Positions 27,025 to 36,800 of a stretch of 64,000 nt of DNA are shown one piece after another. The notes beneath the pieces were generated by a model. That model did not search any database and was not told where the DNA came from. It saw only the letters and a list, made by a program, of their open reading frames with translations. A program made the translations under genes and the position numbers. This DNA is from a virus (lineage: Duplodnaviria > Caudoviricetes), in the IMG/VR virus record IMGVR_UViG_2910013374_000001, positions 42,485 to 106,484 of that record; one strand, 5' to 3'. Each line of letters starts with the position of its first letter. Position 1 is the stretch's first letter.

Positions 27025-29466
27025 ATGCCCGATTACAACTACCTGGAAGATCTCACCGATGCTGAGCTTGAAGCTCTTCGGGTCGAGGTCGCTTCACGTT
27101 GTTCGGTGTGCCAGGTCGAGGTCGAGGATTTACAGGACGCTTTAGACGATGCAAGCCAGGCAGAAGAAAACGCTCAACAGACATACGAAGACACCGTTGA
27201 AGCAGTAGTCCAGATTCCAACTGTTGTTGGTGAAACATCTGTTTCTTCGGGTGGCTCTGGTCCAGACGTTGTCGAATTCATTGCCATCGATATCCCTGTC
27301 GGCGCTGTGGTCTCCACCGGAAATGGTGACGATGGCATCGGAGTCCTTACGAGCTGGGATGTCCCAGAGGAGTTGCGGCTCAACTTCAACATCTTGGTCT
27401 TCGTTTCAGGCGAGAAGGTTGGAGCGAATGCCCAGATCCTTGAAGCGGACTACATCGGCGGCATCCCTGACTTCCAGGACAGCATCCTTGTCTCTGACGA
27501 TGGTGTGATCATTCCAGATCTGTTTGATCCAGAGGTGGAGCGCAGTCCGGATCAGACTTTCTTTGTTGGAACAGGTCCGAAGGCTTTTGAAGAGGTCTTC
27601 ACGGTGAGGGTCTTCGCTGAGGTTCCAAACCAAACCTTTGATGTCAGCACATTCGCGAAACCTGCTGATCAGATCTTCAGCGTTGAGAGCATTCGGACTT
27701 ACGGCATCTCCGTGGCTGAGCCTCCTTTCCTCGTAGAGGTGGGTCCAGAAGTACCCGACCAGATCTTCAGTACCAGGACGAGCGCGACTCCTCCGGACAG
27801 GACTTTTGTTGTCAACCGTGGAGCAGAGATTCCCTCGCAGGTTTTCGAAGTACTCACAGGCAACACCTTCGAGGTCTTTACTTCTTTCGCACCTCCGGAC
27901 AGAACGTTCTACGTGCAACTGGGTCCACCACCTGCCAGAGATCCGGATCAAATCTTCGGCGTCTCAGTCGGAGGCCCCGACGCTCCTCCGATCCCCGATC
28001 CTTTCCAGATCTTCGACGTTTCAACGTCATGGGCGACCCCGGACAGAGTTCTCGACATCAAGGTCATCACCAACCGAGTGGTGGATGCCTTCGAGGCTCC
28101 CTTCTCCGTCACCGTCGGCCCAGAAGCACCGTCCCAGGTCTTCGAAGTCATCACAAGCGCCATCCCTTACGACCAACTGTTCAGCTTTGAGGTTGGACCT
28201 GAGATCCCCACTCAGATCTATGACACTGCTGTCATCCAGGAGTTCGAGGTTGATGCCTACGAGCGCAGGGTCACCTATCAGATCCAGGAATCCAATATCT
28301 CTGGCGATGAGAACTACATCGTCAGCGGTGAAGGCCTTGAGTTTGCTGTTGAACCAGAGATCGCTCTGAAGGTTGGTCAGATGGCTCACCTCTACGTGAA
28401 CACCCCAGGGAATGCCCTTTGGATCAAGGACGTCCAAGAGGCGGGTGCAGGCGAACTCGACCCCTACTTCGTGTCAGTTACAAACCAAGGCACGACCAAC
28501 AAGCTTGTGAAGGCTCAGTTCTTGCAGAGCGGGACCTTCTACTACCAGTCGGAGTTCAACGCTGAAGCCTTTGGTGTCATCGAGGTGACAGGCGTGTCTT
28601 CTGCAGCTCCTGATCAAATCTTTGATGTCTTCGTTGGAGCTGATCCCACGGGGTTCAGCGAATTGTTCGATGTGACCGTCGGCCCGGAATTCCCTGACGA
28701 GGTCTTCGTCGTGGACATTCAAAACGAAGCGCCTCCTGTTCACCAGATCTTCGAAAGCACTGTTGGACCTGAGCTTCCTCTCGAGAGCTTCGAAGTTCTC
28801 AGCGCAACCGCGCCGCTCTCCTACAACGTGACCAACTCTGGAGCTGGCTCGTACCTGTTCAGCGGGAATGGACTGAGTTTCGCGTCCAATCCCACACTCA
28901 ATCTCGAGGTGGGGCAAATGCTCGAAATTGCTATCAATGCAGCCGGCCACCCCTTCTACGTCAGCGACAGCAACTCAAGTGGCGTGAAGGACTCCGTCAC
29001 TCCTTACATCCACGACATCGTCGGTCAGGGGGCTGCTTTAGGAGCGATCCGCGTGATCTTCTCCCAGCCCGGCACGTACTACTACAACTGCGGTTTCCAT
29101 GCCGCCATGAGTGGAGAGATCGTCGTCACGGGCGTCGGCATGGATCAGAAGATCTACACGGTGTCGCAGGCTCAGGATCGCTACACCCTCTCCGGTGAAG
29201 GCTTGCTGAATGAGAGCAACCCGACCATCAGCGTCGGTGTGAGCGAAACCTTGTTCTTGTCTGTGGTGGCACCGGATCAGCCCGTCTACATCAAACGCGC
29301 TCCTGGCACTGGCACCGAAGTCCAGAGCCCCGACTTCATGCAGCTCCTTGTGAGACAGGGAACAACTGACGGCCTTATGAAGATGCGCTTCCTGCTTCCC
29401 GGCACCTATTACTACGCCAGCTCGAACGACCAGAAGTTCGGGGGAGTGATTGAAGTCACGGCCTAA
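27025..29466 (+). CDS. Tail-associated protein with >20 PDQIFxVxV repeats and three cupredoxin-like domains
   Basis: NPTLNL..G...GHPF...PGTYYYNCGFHAAMSG in domain 2; degenerate domains 1 and 3. Confidence 0.75.
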   Translation: MPDYNYLEDLTDAELEALRVEVASRCSVCQVEVEDLQDALDDASQAEENAQQTYEDTVEAVVQIPTVVGETSVSSGGSGPDVVEFIAIDIPVGAVVSTGNGDDGIGVLTSWDVPEELRLNFNILVFVSGEKVGANAQILEADYIGGIPDFQDSILVSDDGVIIPDLFDPEVERSPDQTFFVGTGPKAFEEVFTVRVFAEVPNQTFDVSTFAKPADQIFSVESIRTYGISVAEPPFLVEVGPEVPDQIFSTRTSATPPDRTFVVNRGAEIPSQVFEVLTGNTFEVFTSFAPPDRTFYVQLGPPPARDPDQIFGVSVGGPDAPPIPDPFQIFDVSTSWATPDRVLDIKVITNRVVDAFEAPFSVTVGPEAPSQVFEVITSAIPYDQLFSFEVGPEIPTQIYDTAVIQEFEVDAYERRVTYQIQESNISGDENYIVSGEGLEFAVEPEIALKVGQMAHLYVNTPGNALWIKDVQEAGAGELDPYFVSVTNQGTTNKLVKAQFLQSGTFYYQSEFNAEAFGVIEVTGVSSAAPDQIFDVFVGADPTGFSELFDVTVGPEFPDEVFVVDIQNEAPPVHQIFESTVGPELPLESFEVLSATAPLSYNVTNSGAGSYLFSGNGLSFASNPTLNLEVGQMLEIAINAAGHPFYVSDSNSSGVKDSVTPYIHDIVGQGAALGAIRVIFSQPGTYYYNCGFHAAMSGEIVVTGVGMDQKIYTVSQAQDRYTLSGEGLLNESNPTISVGVSETLFLSVVAPDQPVYIKRAPGTGTEVQSPDFMQLLVRQGTTDGLMKMRFLLPGTYYYASSNDQKFGGVIEVTA

Positions 29467-29511
29467 GGGCGTTCGGAACCCTACGGCCGAACACGCGACG
29501 CCCCCCATTCA

Positions 29512-29850
29512 ATGGCTGTCTTTTACATCGACAATGTCGCCCAGGACACCTTGACCATGGTGAAGGGCAACATCTACCGCTTCGACCAGAACAACGGGTC
29601 GAATGCTGCAGCACCCTTAAGTCTTTCCGAAACCGAGGACGGCGACAACAACGCTGGCGCCCCATACACCGTGGGCGTGAGCTACTGGTTGAACAATCTT
29701 GAGGTGAACAGGACCACTTACCTGTCCGGCTTCGCAGGCGCCACCTCCCGCTTCATCCAGGTCCAAGTCGACCCCTCTGCACCAGCGGTCCTCTATTACT
29801 ACGCAGTCGGAACACCGACCATGGGCGGCCCGATCAATATCACCACCTAA
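29512..29850 (+). CDS. Small cupredoxin-like virion protein lacking the first strand and Cu ligands
   Basis: FYID..Q.TL...KG..YRFDQ...SN..P...AP..LYYY...MGG.I pattern. Confidence 0.65.
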   Translation: MAVFYIDNVAQDTLTMVKGNIYRFDQNNGSNAAAPLSLSETEDGDNNAGAPYTVGVSYWLNNLEVNRTTYLSGFAGATSRFIQVQVDPSAPAVLYYYAVGTPTMGGPINITT

Positions 29851-29864
29851 AGGAGGGCTGAACA

Positions 29865-30302
29865 ATGCCAGTCCCCTCACAGGTATCGGCCGCCGAACTA
29901 GCGCGGGTGGCCGAGAAGTCGTACATCAACAACACGTTTCGTGTTGCCTTGGTGGATGCCCCTGGCAGCGACTTCGACGCAACCGACTCACTGTCAACGA
30001 TCTTGGCGAACGAGGTCACCTCGGGGCTTGGCGGTTACAGCCGCCAGCAAATTGGCTACACCTCAGCTGACCTTGACAGCTACAACAACGGCAGGAGAGC
30101 TCTCGCTCGTAAGGCAGCCACCTTCGTTCACAACGGGAATACAGCGGAGACGGTCCGCTTCTCTCACGTCGTGCTGCTGAACCCCACAGAAACCGCTGCA
30201 GTTGCAGTCACCAAGCTCTCGGCGCGAGCAACGTTGAGTGATGGGCAGTCCGCGATCTTTTACTTCGACTTAACGCTCTACGGAGTGTTTGTGGTGGAGT
30301 AA
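29865..30302 (+). CDS. Putative tail-tip structural protein
   Basis: FRVALV...NEV..GGYSR pattern; position. Confidence 0.55.
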   Translation: MPVPSQVSAAELARVAEKSYINNTFRVALVDAPGSDFDATDSLSTILANEVTSGLGGYSRQQIGYTSADLDSYNNGRRALARKAATFVHNGNTAETVRFSHVVLLNPTETAAVAVTKLSARATLSDGQSAIFYFDLTLYGVFVVE

Positions 30303-30583
30303 TGGCGAACGAGATACAAGCTGACCTTTTAGGAGCACTGCTCAACTTTCAAGAGTTGGTCAGGACCGAGGAGGTCGTGAGTGCAAAGGAAGCGGCGCTT
30401 GATGAACGCAAAAGAACTGATGTGACCGGCCGCTGGTGGGGTTACACCGCCGATGGTTCCGGACTGGTTCTTTACAACGGCCAGCTTTATGAAGCCGAGC
30501 TTTTATCCAATACCTGTCGCCCGAAGTACTCACCCGTGAACCTCAGAAGGACACGCCAGGGCAACTTCGTCGATTGGCAATAG
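30302..30583 (+). CDS. Small tail protein sharing its N-terminal helix with the Cys-rich giant
   Basis: DLLGALLNFQELVRTEE vs DLLNDLLRIQGEIRAME; TAATG coupling. Confidence 0.6.
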   Translation: MANEIQADLLGALLNFQELVRTEEVVSAKEAALDERKRTDVTGRWWGYTADGSGLVLYNGQLYEAELLSNTCRPKYSPVNLRRTRQGNFVDWQ

Positions 30584-30619
30584 TCCGGAACCCTACGCCG
30601 ACTCAAGCGGACTCGAGCG

Positions 30620-30838
30620 GTGTCGATCAATAGGCCTGAACTCAAGAACACCATCGGCCATCGGTTCGCGACTGACACCGCCATCGCGTGGCGGACAAAG
30701 AACCCAATTACTGCAAGTCCACCAGACAACGTGCCCCTCTTCCCTGGGCAGTTGATCGCGGTCCGCACTGGACCCGCCAGCTGTGACCTTTACGTGGGAT
30801 CCGACGACCGGTCTCGCTGGTTGAAAGTCGGAGGCTGA
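30620..30838 (+). CDS. Small hypothetical late protein
   Basis: GTG 34 nt after CGGAACCCT. Confidence 0.6.
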   Translation: MSINRPELKNTIGHRFATDTAIAWRTKNPITASPPDNVPLFPGQLIAVRTGPASCDLYVGSDDRSRWLKVGG

Positions 30839-30841
30839 TCA

Positions 30842-33800
30842 GTGTCTACCGAAAGAGATCTCCTGAATGACCTCCTAAGGATTCAGGGCGAGATTCGTGC
30901 GATGGAACAGGAGGAGTACGAGCTCTCATACGAAGAGCCCGATCCTGGTCAGCGCCATGGAGGAATCGACGGCTCCGATACCTACGAGCAACGAAGCGGA
31001 CTCAATTACACGGACTCGAGTCCTGCTTCCATCCCGCCCGGAACGCTCATCGTCGAGTCTCCGGCTGACGATCCTGGTGGCTTGATCTTTGCGGATCATC
31101 CCCGCCCTCAAAAAAACAAGGACGGCTCCTGGACCGATGCTCCTTGCACGAACGGTGTCAGCTGCGCCGGTTCTGACTTCTGCTACTCGGACTACGAGTG
31201 CGACCGCTGCTCTCAGTGCGTCAACTCTCAGTGCGTTGAGATTGACCCCAATCGGCCCTGCAACTCCAACGCAGACTGCCCCTGCGCCCCAAGCGAAGAC
31301 CAGAGCTACGTCTGCGAGAACACCCAGTGCAAGCTGACCTGCGCTGAGACACCAGACTGCCCGCTAGGCCAGGCCTGCAACCTTGACAGCTTTCTCTGCG
31401 AGCCAGGCTGTGAGAGCGATGATGCCTGCGATCCCAGCAGCTCAAACGCGGCTCCTGACGCGAAGTCCAACTCGATCTGCGTGAACTTTGAGTGTGTTCG
31501 GCCTTGTGAGCCGGATCTCATCTGCAAGGGTCCAAATGACACCACGACGTGCCCAGAGGGCAGCTACTGCGGCGAACGTGTCGGCAAAGCTCAAGGTGAT
31601 GGCGATGGCGAGATCTATGCCTGTCTCGATGGCTGCTCTAAGAACGAGCAGTGCCAGCCAGAGATCTTTACCGAGCGATGCGATACCGATGTTGATCCCG
31701 ATTGCTCAGACAAGAGCTACGCATACGAGACCTTCTGTGTCGACAACTCTTGCGTCAGGCCGTGCAATGGGAACGAAGACTGCCCTACGGACTTCGGCTA
31801 TGGATGCGTCGCGGGAATCTGTGAGTCCATTGGCTTCATCTGTGTTGGCGATGGCGACTGTGGAGATGGCGAGTACTGCAATGGCGATGGCCGCTGTTCC
31901 TCTGGATGCACCGGCGACATCGATTGCCGCAAGGAATGTCCAGCACTATCGGAATGCGTTTCTACCTGTCCGCCGGAGCCCTCATGCTCTTGCCTGACTA
32001 TCTATGGCGAGGACTCCCTCTGCGATCCGAACGACGATTCTTGGAAGCAATTTTGTGAGCGCGATCCTGCCTGCTTAGGTCGCTGTCCCAGGGATCCAGG
32101 TTGTCTTGAGAGCTTCAACCCCAACGCAGTCTGCGACCAAAACACCTGCATCACTCCCTGTCCTTGTGAAGAGGGTTACAAGTGCGAGGAGGTTGAAGGC
32201 AGATCCCCTCGCTGCGTTTCGGTGACCTCCCGGTCAACCATCGAGAAGTGTTGGGAATGGACCGAAGAGACAGTCGACGCAGACGGAAATATCGAGATCG
32301 TCGAGTTTCGCGAATGCGCTTTTATCAGCCCGAAGCTTGATGAGGATTTCTACGGCTGCGAGTGCGGCGAGCTGTGCACCAAGCAAGGCACGTGTGCCCC
32401 TGGTGTCTGTTCGGTGGATTCGGACTGTGAGAGCTGCAGCTATTGCGACGACGGAGTTTGCGTTCCAGGCTGTGATTCAGAGAATCCATGTGCTGCTGGA
32501 AAGTGCTGCCAGAACGATGGCAAGTGCCACCTCCTTTGCGGCTCTGACAGTGACTGCCCTGACCCCGAGATGTGTCTGGCCGGCGGCTGTTGTGGCATTG
32601 CCTGCGAGCCCATCGTCACCTGCAATCAAAAAAGCGACTGTCCCGAAGGGAGCTATTGCTCAGGGGCTGGCATCTGCGAGGCGGGCTGCCAAGAGCAGAG
32701 CGACTGCGAGAACGGTGAGATCTGCTTCCAGTTCGGATGCGAGCAGTCATGCGGCGCTGGTTGTTTAGACGGAACGATCTGCGGTCCTGACGGATTTTGC
32801 ATCAGTACTCCCAAGCCACCATGCAGTAACGACAACGACTGCACCGATGGCATCTGCCTCGATGGTTCCTGCAATTCGAATGGTTGCCGAACCGATTCAG
32901 AGTGTGGCCGCTATGGGATCTGCAGCGGTCAGACATGCACCAACTATTGCTTAGACGATGCTGAGTGCGCGTCTCTCAACACTGAGACCGAAGACTCAAG
33001 GTGCCAGCGCGACACAGGATCACAGGAAGAAATCAGGCAAAGATACGAGCGCCTCAAGTGGATGGAGGCGAACGGCCAAAATCCTGATCCACAAGAGCTG
33101 CAGCGCTACACGGCTCTGTTCAACAACCTGACAAAAGCTGGCAAATGTGCGCTTCAACCAAGTGGCATTGACAGTCCAGACGGTCGCACTGGATGCGAGT
33201 GCTACGAGAATTGCGACGAGCAGGGTCGCTGCAGTCGATCAGTTTGTGCCAACACGGGCGACTGCGAGTGCGGCGACTGCTTAACGGACAACAAATGTGG
33301 CTACTGCAGACGAGACCAGGACTGCAAGAACAGTCAGGTCTGCGACATTGCGGAAGGCGAGTCAGATGGAGTTTGCGCCACTCCTTGTATCCCGGCCTCA
33401 CCCTGTGGCTCCGATGGTGATTGTCCGGCGGACAGCTACTGCCGACCCGACGCGTTCGGTCGAACTGAAGAAGAGGGTGGCGGTGCCCAGTGCACCCAGG
33501 GATGCCGGAGCGACGCGAGCTGCCTTCCGGGGCAGAAGTGCTACGACAACCGCTGCCTCCCTACTTGTTCGAGTGGCAGCGATTGCAATACGGACACGGA
33601 GCTATGTCTTCGTGGAGTTTGTGTTGAGGTTGGATACTCCTGCCTTTCTGATAGCGACTGTCCTTCCAGTGAGGGCTGGTGCTTAAACGGATATTGCGCG
33701 GAGGATATTCGCTGCTCTGGCGACGAGGACTGCTCAAGCTCTGAGGTCTGCAATCCCGCGACCAGCATGTGTGAGCAGGGTGATCGCTGCAGCTCGAGCA

Positions 33801-36800
33801 GCGATTGCAAGAGAACATGCGAGTCCGATCTTGACTGCGGCAATAAGCAGTGCGAATCAGCTGCCGACTGCACTGAACCTGGTCAGACCTGCAAGCAGTT
33901 CGGTTCTGTTGGCATCTGTGTCGGCGGTTCGGACTACGGAGCCTGCTCTTCTGGTCTTTGCATTGGTGGCAGTTCAGACAATCGCTACTGCGACACAAGA
34001 GGCGTCTGCCAGCAGGGTGAGGCCTGCAACAGCGACAGCGACTGCAACTTTCCCAAGAGCTGCTACAACGGCGGCTGCCAGTTCAAGCGTCGCTGCAACG
34101 GCGACAGCCAGTGCCAGCAGGGAGAGTTCTGTGACGCAGGTTTCTGTGCTGGCGATAACCGCTGCGACGGCGACTATGACTGCGTTGAGGGCTACGCCTG
34201 CAACCAGTCAGGACGTTGCTTCAACGACGATCAGCGGGTCACCGCTATTGAGATTGGCTGCGAAGACTGCCAGATCTGCAACCCCACCACTTTCCGCTGC
34301 GGGAATGAGGTTTGTCCGGGCGACGGCGACAACGGTGACAACGGCGACGAATGCCTGTCCGATAGCGACTGCGAAGCAGGCAAGTGCGTCTGCGATGGCT
34401 CTGGAGAAGATCGCTCATGCCAGTGCATCGAATGCCGCAACGATCAGGACTGCGCGGATGCTTATGGCAGCGGGGACTTGGTTTGCGTTGAAAATGTTTG
34501 CGAGACCCCTTGCTACACGGGGCTTTCGACCGGCGACTGTTTCACCGGCCTCTTCTACGGAGACACCTGTGGCAACTGCCCCGACAAGTGCCCAGGAAAT
34601 GCTGTGTGCACAGAGGTCGACAAGGTCTGCGGTACTTACGAGATCTTCGTAGAAGGCAAGGCCTATACGCGTCCAATCCTTTGCAAAGAGTGCGTCGGCA
34701 ATTGCCAGGCCGACAGTGACTGTCCTGACGATTCGATCTGCTCCAACTCTGGCGCCACGAGCGGCCAGTGCGTCTCGTTCGATGGAACCTGTGACACCGA
34801 TCTCGACTGCCAGAGGTTCAACAGCAAGTTCGGCGAGTCCATGTACTGCATGAACAACAAATGCGAAGTGGGTGAGACCTGTATCGGAAGCTCTGACTGT
34901 TCAGGACAAGAGCTCTGTGGTGGTGAAGGCTTCTGCAGGAAGGGGGTCTGCCTGGAGGATGAAGACTGCGGTGGCGGGCGCACTTGCGTCTTTGGTGCCT
35001 GTGAATTCACCTGCGAGGTGCAAGCCCTTGTCTGTGAGTGCAGTCTCGACCCCTACAGCCCTGGAATTTTGTGCCCAGAGGGATACAACTGCAACTGCGA
35101 TACCAACCTCTGCAGTCGTGAGGGCTACCCCGGTATCGAGCCGACCATGGACGCGGAGTCTTGCCCAAGTGGCACTTTCTGCGACACGGCAAGAAAAGGC
35201 TGCAGGCCATTCATTCAAGGCCAGCTGGAGTGCTTCACCGATGCTGGCTGTTTTGGAGCAAAGACCTGCGAAAAAGGCCTCTGCGTTTCTCGGGATGAAT
35301 TTGGAGAAGAGGTTCCCGATCCCGATCTGGGCGACAATCGCGACAACGCTAAAGCTGCTGACAACTGCGAGCCTCTCGACAAATGCTGCAACGACGAGGG
35401 GTTCTGTGACGACTGCCCCTGTGATGATGAGCACCCTTGCCAGGAAGGCTGCTGTGACCCGGAGTCGGGCTTATGTATCGACTTCAATGAGCACCCTCAA
35501 ACAGAACTCGGAGCTCCCGAGTCCTGCACTTTTGGAGAGGTCTACTGCGAAGTTTTAGGTCCAGAAGGTGATCCACTCGACGTTGTGGTTCTTGGCAAAG
35601 GCAAGGGCTACCAAGGTTGCGAATTCGTCTACGAGGACGAAGATGGCATTCCGCTGAAAGATGGTGAGCGCCGCAAGGTCTGCTGGTCTGGCGCCGATCT
35701 CAGCTCGGCGCAGACATACAAGCTGCTCGTTCAGGAATGCAAGGCCGAGCAAGAAGAGGACAAAGAATGCGAGTGCGATGAAGTGCCTCCAGAAGAAGAC
35801 GAGTGCTTCCGCAATAAAGACTGCGGGAATTGCATGGTCTGCAGGTCTAAGACCTGGCAGAGCACTCCCTGCTGCCCAGTAGCGGATGAGGCTGGTAACG
35901 ACAGCGTTACGAGAAATCTCTGCCGTGCTGTCAATGGAACTTTTGAAGAAGAAGCGCCTGACGAGGACGAGGAATGTGGTTGCTTGTCCGCTTCTGACTG
36001 CGGACCCTGTGAGGCCTGCAACTTCAACGGCTTAAACGGTGAAGAGGGCAGGTGCGTGGCCAAGTGCGAGGAGCTGTGCCCCGATGGAGGCGAACTCAGT
36101 ACTGGCGGAAAGTGCCCAACCTGCGAGGAGAGGTTCGGTAAGTGCGTCGAGGGAGTTTCAGCCACAGTTAAACCTGCAGGCGTTGATCCAGAAACTGGAC
36201 AAGCGGTTCCGGCGGTTACGAAAAGCACTTGCCAAGTCAAGGACGCGAACCAGTGCTGCAGTGGTTTCAGTACTCCTGAAGAGGCAGGCAAAAAACGCGA
36301 CTCTTGCGAGCTAAAAACAGAGACGGATCAGAACGGCAACCTGGAAACCATCGAAGTCCCCTGGTGTATCGACTTCGACGCGGGCATCTGCGCTGGTTGC
36401 ACAGAAGACAGCCACTGCTCTGGCAATAAGACCTGTAGGGGCTACCAGTGCGTCGTTCAGTGCGGCCAGGAAAATGCTGTTGATCCTGAGGCCGGTGACT
36501 GCTCTTGCTGCACCGACGATGGCCAATGCAAAGAGCTCTACGAGAATTGGACAGAATCCCGCGCAAGCGGTGACGAAGGCCAAACCAGACCGTGCTCGTG
36601 CACACAGAATGGAATTGATTGTGCTCCTTACCAAGAAGCAGAGTCCTGCTACGCCTGGGTTCGAGTTGATGGCGGGGAAGGTGGAGATGGTGATCAAGCC
36701 AAGGCTGATCGCGACAAAAATCTTGAGCAGTTGGATGAGTATGAGAAACAAGAACCCTTGCTTCGCTTCGATCTTGAGGATGCGTTGGCCGCTGTCCCTG

